IMG/VR virus record: IMGVR_UViG_3300032092_000011
Span: 1 to 64,000 of that record
Direction: 5' to 3' (one strand)
From: a virus
Length of the DNA: 64,000 nt
In this document: positions 30,499-39,394 of the stretch, in pieces
Layout: every line of letters starts with the position of its first letter
Position numbering within the stretch: the first letter of the stretch is position 1
Notes under the pieces: model-generated
Told to the model about the DNA's origin: nothing
The model's database searches: none
The model's input: the letters and a program-made list of their open reading frames with translations, nothing else
Made by a program: the position numbers and the translations under genes

Positions 30499-31149
30499 TT
30501 AAAAATTGGTTTCGTTATTCTTTCGATACTTTTCGTTATGTTCAACTATTTTCTGTACGGCCTCTTCAGCAGTATCGACAATTCTAAAGAGTTCAAAATC
30601 TTTATAGCTCATTTTTCCGCTAGCTGCAACATAGTTCATCAACCAATCGTAGAGACCGCTCCAAAAACTAGATCCAACTAGAATGATTGGAAATTTAGGA
30701 GCATGTCCGGTTTGAGCAAGAGTCATGGCTTCAAACAACTCGTCTAGTGTTCCTAAGCCTCCAGGAAAGACAATAAATCCTTGTGAGTATTTAATTAATG
30801 AAACTTTACGAGTGAAGAAGTAACGACAGGTAATGCCATGGTTAACGTATGGATTCATTCCAGCTTCGAAAGGTAATTCAATACCAAGCCCAACTGATAA
30901 ACCATCTTTTGCTCCTTTATTAACCGCCTCCATTGCGCCTGGACCGCCGCCAGTAATTACACCAAACCCATTCTCTACTAATAACTTACCAACCTTCTCG
31001 GCTTCAACATAGTGAGGATCTTCTGGTTTGGTTCTGGCTGAACCAAATACACCGATACACGGTCGGTCCAGGTGCGCCATCTCATCAAAAGCTTTGGTAA
31101 ACTCTCCTTGAATTCGGAGAATCTGCCATGCGTCAATCATTTTATTCAT
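30499..31149 (-). CDS. LOG family nucleotide phosphoribohydrolase (TIGR00730)
   Basis: VFGSAR, ITGGGPGAMEA, YFFTRK, FPGGLGTLDELFE. Confidence 0.93.
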   Translation of the reverse strand: MNKMIDAWQILRIQGEFTKAFDEMAHLDRPCIGVFGSARTKPEDPHYVEAEKVGKLLVENGFGVITGGGPGAMEAVNKGAKDGLSVGLGIELPFEAGMNPYVNHGITCRYFFTRKVSLIKYSQGFIVFPGGLGTLDELFEAMTLAQTGHAPKFPIILVGSSFWSGLYDWLMNYVAASGKMSYKDFELFRIVDTAEEAVQKIVEHNEKYRKNNETNF

Positions 31150-31421
31150 TAGTCGTCAATTTCGTTAGTTTCTACTCGGTTCGGAGACCTTTGCATTAAA
31201 CGCTGAACGCAATTACTACAAAGTACCGAAGCAGTTTCGGTTCCAGTGTGAACCCATTGGTCACAAACTCCATCGTCTGGAGCCGCGTCTGGATAGCGAC
31301 TAAATTCTGGATTGCTATTCATGCAAATCATGGCGTGGGCCATCTTTCCAGTGTCATTGCCTAAATTAATCAATGGAATCATTTTCGTCTTCCATTTGTG
31401 CGTTACGCTTTTATTCGCCAT
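31149..31421 (-). CDS. Cys-containing hypothetical protein
   Basis: C...C...CSNC pattern, possible Zn binding. Confidence 0.65.
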   Translation of the reverse strand: MANKSVTHKWKTKMIPLINLGNDTGKMAHAMICMNSNPEFSRYPDAAPDDGVCDQWVHTGTETASVLCSNCVQRLMQRSPNRVETNEIDD

Positions 31422-31644
31422 CTTGTTCTATTTTAGAAAATTCATATTTGCCTTTAATGAAATGGTTAAGAGCTTGGCCGGCGCTAGTTGAGTTGATGAA
31501 CTTTTTGTAGTCATCAGTCTCTACACCATGGTAGGCATAGCATGTGCCGTTCTTAAAAGTTACTACTAATTCCTTTGTGTCAGCATAGTAGTTAACCATG
31601 TCAATAGTCGAAGACTCTAGTTGAGTGTGTTGAACCTTAATCAT
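31411..31644 (-). CDS. KTSC domain protein
   Basis: ESSTI..VNY....ELVVTFKNGTCYAYHGV...F..STSAG..LN.FIKGKY. Confidence 0.88.
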   Translation of the reverse strand: MIKVQHTQLESSTIDMVNYYADTKELVVTFKNGTCYAYHGVETDDYKKFINSTSAGQALNHFIKGKYEFSKIEQDGE

Positions 31645-31749
31645 ATTTCTTTAATTTCTTAGTTATTGGGGAATTTTTCAATCTTAATTTATATGGGAAA
31701 TTTTAAAGTTGTTTCCTAATCCAAGTACTTTAAGTACCTAAAGAAATTT

Positions 31750-32935
31750 TTGTACGCTAATACTCAACAGGGCCCACTAGGCCCATACCTAATAGTCCCG
31801 AGTCTAATACCCTCGCAACCGCCCTGAGGATCGTAACATGGGCCGATGGGCCGACTCTGAGGACCTTGTGCGACCCCCGACGGCAGTGAGGCTACTGGAC
31901 CACTTCAAGCACTCTTTTAATAGACCACTCTAACGACTCCAATGGGACCACCACACTCTCTTCTGAGTTCTATAAGAACTAATAAAAATAAAATCTCTCA
32001 ATGTTGTTTACAGTAATGGGAGTATAGTAAACAATTAGTGTTGTTCTAGAAGTGACGCACACTCACCACTCATAGATGGGCCCCTAGAGACCTTTGAGAC
32101 CTTGGGGCCCGAAGGGCTCTGTGATAGGGGCGGGCATCCTTTCCGGACCGGGAAAAAAACGGGCCCTGGGGAACATCAAAGTCCTATTAGGGCCCCTATA
32201 GTAGTCCAAGTTACAATGGGGACGGGCCCCATCTGGTCATCGCGGATTCTCTCTGCGCTTCTAGTTCTTATTATAACGGTTTTTTATTAGGTTAGGGGTT
32301 CTTTGGGCCCTCGGTCATGCTCTAAGGCTTGGGAGTGAATCTGGACGGACCGTGATAATGTGTGCACTTCTGTGAAAGTGTTTTGCTATATTGCTAATTA
32401 TTAGTAGTGATCTGTAGTGAAAGTCATGACCCTTGACTCCTGGACCCCTGCATGTCTACGAATTCGGGCCCCAGTGTTTACCCAGGAAATTGGCGCCCAG
32501 AGTCTGGGTACCGGTATACCCGCACCCTCTAGGACTCCGATGGCCTCTGAGCACCTGGACTCCCCATGTGCCTAGAAGCCTAGGCACCCTAGAGCCTCCC
32601 CTATTCGGGCGTTCCGTATCCGCTCTTCTATTACTCCTATACCTATAGGACTAGAAGTGTCTATAACGGACCACTAGGTGCCTACCTTACCTACTGAGCC
32701 TTCCTATGCGTCTATTAGCTCTATCTAAGCGGTTATTGGATTATTGGGCCGGCACGGGTAGATGACCACTGTGAGCTAGTGACCAGCTCACCACTAGGGT
32801 AGTGGCACGCCGGGGTGCACTCTAGGGTGAAAAAGTGCACCTGGAGTGTCACCTGGAAGCACTCCGGCAAGTGCTCCAGGAAGTGTTCTGGGAGTGCACT
32901 CCGGTAAGTGTTCCTGGAGTGATCACCGGGAGTGA
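31750..32935. other. GC-rich non-coding arm (left), rich in palindromes
   Basis: No credible ORF; eight GGGCCC sites at 31770, 32078, 32105, 32161, 32190, 32224, 32305, 32466; many CTAG; composition far from the genome average. Confidence 0.75.
32836..32935. repeat. array of ~8 degenerate 11-14 bp pseudo-palindromic units, CAC(T)CC(W)GG(R)AGTG
   Basis: CACCTGGAGTG, CACCTGGAAG, CACTCCGGCAAGTG, CTCCAGGAAGTG, TTCTGGGAGTG, CACTCCGGTAAGTG, TTCCTGGAGTG, CACCGGGAGTG in tandem. Confidence 0.7.
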
Positions 32936-33370
32936 TTATGCTGCTACTAACTCTTCGTTTTTAACGAAAGCTTTACTTGCCCATGTTTTAGCACCTACTA
33001 GTGAATATTGACGTTGGTCATACAGGGCAGTATTTAACCAATAAGAGTTAATAGTTCCTACAGTTAAGTCCATTAAGATAGCTTCGTCGATAACTGGAAT
33101 CTGTTTTCCTTTTTTAGCAAATACAGTTAACCAAATATCTGTACCTTCTGGGTTAAATTGCACTGTTTGTAGGGCACCTTTCTTAAAACCACTAATAAGT
33201 GTCTCAGGGTGCTTCATATAATGTTCATTGTCAAAGTCTCTACTATCACTAATAGTTAAGAAACCGGCACGACATTTAGTGATAAAACGGAATTTACCAG
33301 CAGTGTAACCTGACATAAAGTTAGATACGTGGATGTCTTTTTTGTTCGCTAAGATAATTGAATTGGTCAT
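32936..33370 (-). CDS. hypothetical early protein (start MTNSIIL)
   Basis: Behind an early-type promoter at ~33390-33432. Confidence 0.75.
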   Translation of the reverse strand: MTNSIILANKKDIHVSNFMSGYTAGKFRFITKCRAGFLTISDSRDFDNEHYMKHPETLISGFKKGALQTVQFNPEGTDIWLTVFAKKGKQIPVIDEAILMDLTVGTINSYWLNTALYDQRQYSLVGAKTWASKAFVKNEELVAA

Positions 33371-33459
33371 GAGTGGATGTTTTAATGTTATATGTAAATA
33401 TAAACAAAATTCTTCAAACGGTAAAACTTTTTTCAAAGTTTTTTCAAATTATTTTTCAT

Positions 33460-33486
33460 AAAAAAGGGTCCCTTTCGGGACCCTTT
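33460..33486 (-). terminator. intrinsic terminator
   Basis: AAAGGGTCCC-TTTC-GGGACCCTTT. Confidence 0.8.
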
Positions 33487-33519
33487 AAATGTTACCATTA
33501 GGTTTTTCTGCGTTGAGTC

Positions 33520-33756
33520 TTAGATAGTGGTCAAGGCAACATTTACATTACGACCGCGACCGCGATCATAAGCGGCATTCATAATACGAGAATTCTCATA
33601 TTTGCCGTTAAGAACATCACTCACATGTGTTGAACTATAACCAGTTTTTTCAGCGATGATAGTTACATCACCGTGACGTTTACGTTGATTATAATTTGCT
33701 AATTTTTGGGTGTAGCTTAATTTGTTATAGCTACTTGGTCTGTTAGAATTAAACAT
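33520..33756 (-). CDS. small helix-turn-helix DNA-binding protein (start MFNSNRP)
   Basis: GDVTIIAEKTGYSSTHVSDVLNG HTH pattern. Confidence 0.75.
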   Translation of the reverse strand: MFNSNRPSSYNKLSYTQKLANYNQRKRHGDVTIIAEKTGYSSTHVSDVLNGKYENSRIMNAAYDRGRGRNVNVALTTI

Positions 33757-33864
33757 ATATTTGTTGTTTTGTTGAATATTATATAGGGGCCCTAGGAAAA
33801 GTTTCACAAAAATATTTCACAAAATATTTTTTTATTTCATGGATTTTGTTTATATTTACATATG

Positions 33865-33976
33865 AAAAATAACAAGATGACATAATGCGACTAACACTCA
33901 CAGGGACTAACCTCCCGACAAGGGTTCGAACCTCCCCGGTTCGCAGAGGGTATACTCCGACCTGTTCTTTTTTTTA
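33865..33976 (+). ncRNA. candidate ~110-nt structured small RNA
   Basis: Lies between a promoter motif (TTGTTTATATTTACATA, 33846-33862) and a T-run; ACAGG/CCTGT closing stem, internal hairpins, GGTTCGAAC T-loop-like motif; no convincing ORF. Confidence 0.4.
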
Positions 33977-34039
33977 AAAAGACCTAGATGAGGTGCGTCA
34001 ATATAAAATTAATCAATTTTCTTGACATGGTAAAATAAA

Positions 34040-34124
34040 GTTATTAACAAAAAATGTTCATAACTTTGTGAAAATAATGTGAAAAAAGTTTTACCGTTTG
34101 GAGAATTATGTTTATATTTACATA
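34040..34124 (+). promoter_or_regulatory. early-type promoter with inverted pair of DnaA-box-like sites
   Basis: GTTATTAACA (34040) and TGTTCATAAC (34055), then AAAGTTTTACCGTTT-N-TGTTTATATTTACATA. Confidence 0.75.
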
Positions 34125-34143
34125 TAACAAATTAGCAATAACA

Positions 34144-34383
34144 ATGATTAATCTTTCTATCCAGGACAAATTCGACGGTTTAAACAAAATTGGTGACTTA
34201 CGTAACGCTATCGGTCAAGAGTTCAGTTATAACTTCTCTTCTACTTGCCGTGCTAAACTACTTAGTGTTAGCGAAGATGGTAACCGTTGTACTTTTCAAG
34301 AAGTTGAAGCATATGGTCGTAAACCTAAGCCCGGTGTTGGTACCGCAGCTAGTTGGTTGATCTGGAACTCTATGTTCTTCTAA
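34144..34383 (+). CDS. hypothetical early protein (start MINLSIQ)
   Basis: Behind promoter; high-expression codon bias (CGT, AAC, TTC). Confidence 0.7.
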   Translation: MINLSIQDKFDGLNKIGDLRNAIGQEFSYNFSSTCRAKLLSVSEDGNRCTFQEVEAYGRKPKPGVGTAASWLIWNSMFF

Positions 34384-34447
34384 TTGAAACCTTTTCTAAA
34401 TCTCATATATAATAATAGTAATTTTTAACAAAATAAACCAAACAAAC

Positions 34448-35596
34448 ATGGCAACAATTACAACCCTTTCAAACCAACTAGTTGAGCAACGTAAACAGGA
34501 AACTCTTAATGCTCAATCAATCCGTAAAACAGTCCCTTTCCGCGACATTAACCTTATCGATGACAAAACTATCGAATATAAAGGTACACGTATCGGTATT
34601 ACTAATGGATGTTTTAAGTCTCTATTGAAACTTATCGGTATGTCAAACCAGTTCGCTAAGAACTTCGAGTCATTATTTAACTCTGAAGCTAAAGCAACTT
34701 TTATTAACCGTATCAAAGATGCTATGGCATCTAACACCGGTCGTCTTAATGAAGTTACATTGGTTCTTTCACCGTTCAATAAAACTATCATTGGTATCAC
34801 CCGTAAAGCAACTGATCTTATTTCTAATGAGCAGTTCTTGGGAGTAGCTGAACGTATTATTGATCGTCAAGGTTTCGATGTTACTAACTGGTCAGTAGAC
34901 CCTACAAGCGGTATCGTCCAAATCAATGCATTTAACCCTAAAGCTACTTTCGAAGTTAACGGACTTAGCGATGAGGTTTTCACTGGAGGTATTACTTTCC
35001 GTAACTCACCTCTTCAAGGCTTCCAAGTTCTTCCATATGTAAACCGTATGTGGTGTACTAATGGTTTAACCACTTCACTTGCTGAAGAAGCTTACACTCT
35101 TAACTCTCTAGATTCAGTAACTATGGAGAAGTTCTTCGAACAACTTAACGAACTTCGTAAGAACAATTTTGCTCCAGTAAGTTTTGCTGATCGTGTTCGT
35201 AAAGCATCTAACACTCCTGCTTCACTTAATGAGATGCGCCAAGCATATAACCTCATCAACAAACACGTAGAGGACCAAGCAGATCGTTGGATCCCACTTA
35301 ATGAGAACCTTTCTGCTTACAAACGCAATGGTTTTGAAAATATGACTGTTGACCAAATGAAGAATGCTAAATCTAATCAGTCTCTATGGTCAGTAGTAAA
35401 TGGTCTTACTCACTTTGCAACTCATGCTCCTGAATTGATCACTTCTAACGTACAAGGTTACGATCAAACTCAGATGATGGTTCAAGCTGGTAACATCTTT
35501 GGTAAGAATCGTTTCGATCACGAAAACGATATGCCAAATCCGTTCGGTAATGACGCTTTGAACAACACGCTTCAAATCGGTTCACTACTTAACTAA
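34448..35596 (+). CDS. DUF932/DUF945-like protein
   Basis: GGITFRNS...RMWCTNGL and SLWSVVNGLTHFATH motifs; high-expression codon bias. Confidence 0.65.
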   Translation: MATITTLSNQLVEQRKQETLNAQSIRKTVPFRDINLIDDKTIEYKGTRIGITNGCFKSLLKLIGMSNQFAKNFESLFNSEAKATFINRIKDAMASNTGRLNEVTLVLSPFNKTIIGITRKATDLISNEQFLGVAERIIDRQGFDVTNWSVDPTSGIVQINAFNPKATFEVNGLSDEVFTGGITFRNSPLQGFQVLPYVNRMWCTNGLTTSLAEEAYTLNSLDSVTMEKFFEQLNELRKNNFAPVSFADRVRKASNTPASLNEMRQAYNLINKHVEDQADRWIPLNENLSAYKRNGFENMTVDQMKNAKSNQSLWSVVNGLTHFATHAPELITSNVQGYDQTQMMVQAGNIFGKNRFDHENDMPNPFGNDALNNTLQIGSLLN

Positions 35597-35616
35597 GTTT
35601 TGTTTTAATTGTTATG

Positions 35617-35642
35617 AAAGGGTCCGCAAGGACCCTTTTTTT
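35617..35642 (+). terminator. intrinsic terminator
   Basis: AAAGGGTCC-GCAA-GGACCCTTTTTT. Confidence 0.85.
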
Positions 35643-35743
35643 ATGAAAAAAAATCAAAAAAAGTGAAAAAAAGTGAAAAAAAGTTTTACCGTTTGAGAAA
35701 TTTTGTTTATATTTACATATCATTAATCGTTAAAGCAATATTT

Positions 35744-35974
35744 ATGAACAAATTAACTAAATTTTCGCCGATCTACAACACAGCCTTTTGTGTATTCTTC
35801 ATTTGGGTAGCCTATAGTACCGCTGCTGGAACTATCCAACAATACATTAAATTCGCCGGAATCGATAACGAGATCGCTTTCTGTTGTGTTGCTATGATGT
35901 TGGGAGCTATGTATTTCTACTTATCTGTATCTGACATTTTCGACGTAATCAAACGTTACCTTCAGAACAAGTAA
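35744..35974 (+). CDS. small 2-TM membrane protein (start MNKLTKF)
   Basis: Behind promoter at ~35678-35720; two hydrophobic helices. Confidence 0.7.
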   Translation: MNKLTKFSPIYNTAFCVFFIWVAYSTAAGTIQQYIKFAGIDNEIAFCCVAMMLGAMYFYLSVSDIFDVIKRYLQNK

Positions 35975-36057
35975 AAATGTTAATAACTTTTTGCAAAAAA
36001 GTTTTACCGTTTGAGAAATTATAGTTATATTTACATATCATTTAAAACATCCACATA

Positions 36058-37161
36058 ATGACAAGAGAACAATTCACAATTTCCGAAACCGCAACAGGTT
36101 ACATGTTAACAGAAGTTAGCAATCACAGGCAAGAATTTATCGAGCCTAGCCACCCTAAATTTGAATGGGTTTCTAAGAACCTAGGCCGTATCGTAAATAT
36201 TACCGAAGCCGGTCGTTGGAATAGCCAAAAAGATTACGAAAACCTATATGGCAACCAACCTAAATCACGTGGTAACCAAGAGGTAGCCACAGTTAAACCA
36301 AAGGTGGAGGTTAAATTAACCAAATTGGACGATCTAGATATTAACCCAGACTTGTTCGTACCACTTCCTACCAATACTATCTTTGACAAATTTGTCTCAG
36401 CTGAAGGTGGTTTCCTTCCCGGTTCAAATATCATGGCAGCAGGAGCTCCAGGTATTGGTAAGACAACTGTTCTCTTAGACCTCATCTCTAAACTAGATCA
36501 GGCCGGTAAGAAATGTCTCTTTATCTCTGCCGAGATGAACCGAATCGACATGGCCCGTTATCTTAAGCGTTTCCCTCACTGGGGCCAGTTACCTATCCTA
36601 TTCTTATCCGACTACGAAGAGTGTCCGAAAGAGGCAATCGAAAAAATCCTAGATGAAGGTTGGGATATAGTCCTGACCGACTCTTATACCGAAGTAAACG
36701 ACACGGTAAAAGAAGAGTGTAACCTTTCTCGTGGTAAGGTGGAGAAGTGGTTCCTAAACCTAATGTCCAGTAACAACGACGGTCATAATGCGGCCCGTAA
36801 GCATACAACCTTTATTACGATCCTACAGCTATCTAAAGGCGGTAACTTCGTCGGGTCGAATAAACTAAAACACATGACTACCGCGATGATGAACCTGGCT
36901 TGGGACGGTTCAGAAAACTCCGGTCAGCGTTATATGGAGTTTACTAAGAACCGCGTCGGCCAAGTAAATAAGAAACTCTATTTCGGTCTCCAAAACGGAG
37001 TTAGCTTCGACGAGGCCAGATACCTACGAGACCTGTATAACGACGAGATAGTCGAAGCAGAACGCGCACAGTTAGGTAAAGAAGCCGATGCCTTCGACAG
37101 GCTATTCGGTATCGGGGTAGAGGAGATAGAAGAATCCGTAGAAGAGAGCATAGAAGCCTAA
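36058..37161 (+). CDS. RecA-superfamily (RadA/Sms-like) ATPase
   Basis: GAPGIGKTT Walker A, LFISAEM, VLTDS Walker B, KGGNFVGSNKLKHM, KNRVG; own promoter at ~35995-36037. Confidence 0.85.
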   Translation: MTREQFTISETATGYMLTEVSNHRQEFIEPSHPKFEWVSKNLGRIVNITEAGRWNSQKDYENLYGNQPKSRGNQEVATVKPKVEVKLTKLDDLDINPDLFVPLPTNTIFDKFVSAEGGFLPGSNIMAAGAPGIGKTTVLLDLISKLDQAGKKCLFISAEMNRIDMARYLKRFPHWGQLPILFLSDYEECPKEAIEKILDEGWDIVLTDSYTEVNDTVKEECNLSRGKVEKWFLNLMSSNNDGHNAARKHTTFITILQLSKGGNFVGSNKLKHMTTAMMNLAWDGSENSGQRYMEFTKNRVGQVNKKLYFGLQNGVSFDEARYLRDLYNDEIVEAERAQLGKEADAFDRLFGIGVEEIEESVEESIEA

Positions 37162-37776
37162 CCGACCGGTTAGAGCCTCCAGGTAATTTGGGCCCAGAGT
37201 GGATGCTGGGCCCTTACCTGTGTCTGGCGGCTGGTAGCCTGATGAGTCTCCGGGGTGATGGTCTGGGATGGTGTGCCGGCCACCACTGCGTGAATAATAG
37301 TCCCGGAAGGTGCAAACGCCGTGGTGGGGACCTCCGGCACTCACCGGGTAGTGGCAGGTTTCCGGAGTGTGATTGCGCACCCTTTGGTTTAAGGGAACCT
37401 AGAGGACTACCTTGCGGGCTTGAACACTATATATCATGTTCTTCTACGTACGCGCGCGTGTAGGGATGGTAGGATCTTAAGACCAGTAGGAGTCGGTTAT
37501 GGCCTGGAGGCTTGGAGGGTAGGGACGGGACTTGCAGGGCCTAGAACGGGACGGGTCTTATATCTATATGCTGTTCTTCTATATCTGGATGGGTTGGGTC
37601 TTTACTTATATCCTTATTGTGCTTGTAGTACTTATCTAGGTTTCTTTTATTCTTATTTAGAATTTTATTTATTATATTGGGTATTGGGGGCACGGGTGGT
37701 TCTGGCTCTCCGGTGCCTAGTGATAGAAAAAGGGAGCCGGTTAGGACTCCCTCTTGGTTGTTGGGTTATCTGGGTT
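37162..37776. other. GC-rich non-coding arm (right)
   Basis: GGGCCC at 37190 and 37208, CCGG/CAC..GTG units, G-rich TAGG tract; shares GGGTAGTGGCA with the left arm. Confidence 0.7.
37727..37754 (-). terminator. intrinsic terminator-like hairpin
   Basis: AAAAGGGAG-CCGGTTAGGA-CTCCCTCTT. Confidence 0.55.
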
Positions 37777-38037
37777 TTAGGCTTGCGCCTTAGGTACTAG
37801 GATTGCCGGGACTGGATCAACCGGAGTCCAAGTGCTTGGACGGGTTCTGGTTGGTGGTTCAATCTCGCCAGTCTCTTCGTTATTCACTGGTAGACCTACT
37901 ATCTCTGGTTGATAAACATATACATCATGATTTGGATGCGCTGCGACTAGTCTCTCTACACTTCCTGGATAATGCTGTATCTGGTAAGTTATACCATTAA
38001 TTTCTTCTTGTTGATTATAGATTATTGTATATGACAT
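37777..38037 (-). CDS. hypothetical protein
   Basis: Last ORF of the minus-strand run, Pro-rich tail. Confidence 0.55.
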   Translation of the reverse strand: MSYTIIYNQQEEINGITYQIQHYPGSVERLVAAHPNHDVYVYQPEIVGLPVNNEETGEIEPPTRTRPSTWTPVDPVPAILVPKAQA

Positions 38038-38055
38038 TGTAATTCTTATTTAGAT

Positions 38056-38454
38056 TTAACCTTTAATTTCTACTAGTTTTAAACGGATTTCTTTTGGTAG
38101 TTCCGACCATGGAAGTTTAGTTAGTTCTTCGGTCTGGAAATCTTGGCCAAAACATCTCCATAACATTTGCTTACGTTCATCTAGGCCTCCGCGGTTCCAA
38201 AGCTCATTACCCCATCTTTTTAGCTCGGCTTCATAGATTTCGTTTTCAGGTACTCCAGCCTTGATTAGTTGACGGGTAAAATCTTCTTTAGCATCCTTTG
38301 ATTTAAACTTATATGCGTCAGTTGAGGTTTGTTTACCGTCCCTAGAGAACTGGTCGCGGAAGATTTCACCAGCCATTAGGGCATATCTTAATGAAATGGT
38401 TACTTCATTCTTGGCCTCGCTGACAAACTGTTCGTATAGTTTTACGTGTTTCAT
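38056..38454 (-). CDS. putative internal head protein (CTS-like tag)
   Basis: N-terminus MKHVKLYEQFVSEA. Confidence 0.7.
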   Translation of the reverse strand: MKHVKLYEQFVSEAKNEVTISLRYALMAGEIFRDQFSRDGKQTSTDAYKFKSKDAKEDFTRQLIKAGVPENEIYEAELKRWGNELWNRGGLDERKQMLWRCFGQDFQTEELTKLPWSELPKEIRLKLVEIKG

Positions 38455-38455
38455 A

Positions 38456-38926
38456 TTACATTGACCTTTTTATTACTTCAAAAGTTATGTTTAATTCGTC
38501 TAGGAATGCTCTGGTATCTACATAGATTTGACCAACTCTGTCCTTCTCACCAGGATTATCACCATTCGTAATATCATAGATGGTTAAGAGTGTAGCATTT
38601 ACTGGCTCTCTACCTTGTAAATTAGCATCATTTAACCATTCTTGGCTTTGGTGTAATCTAAAGGTTGGACGATCAGGTTTATTACCATTTGGCTTTACAA
38701 CATGATATTGAACGTGCGTAAACATTGTTCCACCTTCAAAGCTTTCAATTCTCTTAGTTGCCTCTTCAGTGGTTTTTGAAGTTCTAAGCATGTATTTTTT
38801 TAGCCATTTCTCTGCAGTCTTTAAAGATTTTGAATCAGGACTAGCAGGTTTAAAGTTTCTACTAGTATATTCATTTAGCTGATCAGCTTGATTTGAAAAT
38901 TCTTCAAATAATTTTACGTATTTCAT
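38456..38926 (-). CDS. putative internal head protein (CTS-like tag)
   Basis: N-terminus MKYVKLFEEF...LNEY. Confidence 0.7.
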   Translation of the reverse strand: MKYVKLFEEFSNQADQLNEYTSRNFKPASPDSKSLKTAEKWLKKYMLRTSKTTEEATKRIESFEGGTMFTHVQYHVVKPNGNKPDRPTFRLHQSQEWLNDANLQGREPVNATLLTIYDITNGDNPGEKDRVGQIYVDTRAFLDELNITFEVIKRSM

Positions 38927-38940
38927 GATTATGTGATTTT

Positions 38941-39312
38941 TTAGTCTTCTCTGTTATCTCTGTACCAGTATGCCCAATCTATAACCTCTTCAATAAACTC
39001 ATCTAAGCTCATTGCAACTTGGTCGCCAGCTGGGACTAGTCCATCTTCAAAGCTTGCGATCCATTTCTCTGCATCTTCGTCCCATTCGAAACCAATATAG
39101 TGGTCATCTACTTTGTGAACGACTATGATTGAATTTTTTGATGCAGTTACTTTTAGCTCTCTAAAGAAGGGTTTTATCTCAGATGCTGCATTTTTAAAAT
39201 CTTTATCTGAGTATGCGTTCTGATCTTCTACTGAAGTTTTATCTTCTGTGAAATAACCCTCATTTACTTCAGACTTCTTAATAAAACTTTCAAATAATTT
39301 TACGTGTTTCAT
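38941..39312 (-). CDS. putative internal head protein (CTS-like tag)
   Basis: N-terminus MKHVKLFESF...VNEG. Confidence 0.7.
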   Translation of the reverse strand: MKHVKLFESFIKKSEVNEGYFTEDKTSVEDQNAYSDKDFKNAASEIKPFFRELKVTASKNSIIVVHKVDDHYIGFEWDEDAEKWIASFEDGLVPAGDQVAMSLDEFIEEVIDWAYWYRDNRED

Positions 39313-39347
39313 TGTTGATTAATTTTATTTTCTTTATTTATCACAAT

Positions 39348-39373
39348 AAAAAAGGGTCCTTGTGAGACCCTTT
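39348..39373 (-). terminator. intrinsic terminator
   Basis: AAAGGGTC-CTTGTGA-GACCCTTT. Confidence 0.75.
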
Positions 39374-39394
39374 CTATTTCGGAAACTTTGTCTA

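Noticed and set aside
31826-31895. CTGAGGA (twice) and CTGATGA at ~37240, resembling the hammerhead ribozyme core
   Set aside because: No GAAA after a stem II and no compatible stems I/III found
32102-32648. ORFs 32102-32290 and 32433-32648
   Set aside because: TTG starts, no A-rich leader, atypical composition; probably chance ORFs in GC-rich non-coding DNA
32836-32935. Possible CRISPR array
   Set aside because: Units are 11-14 bp, degenerate and lack spacers; no cas operon (the Cas4-like nuclease at the window end is a common phage exonuclease)
33915-33950. Possible tRNA or tmRNA gene
   Set aside because: Only a T-loop-like motif; no acceptor stem, D arm or anticodon arm, so kept only as an ncRNA candidate
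37102-37800. ORFs 37102-37380, 37188-37463 and 37420-37800
   Set aside because: Mutually overlapping, low-complexity, non-ATG or contextless starts within the right GC-rich arm
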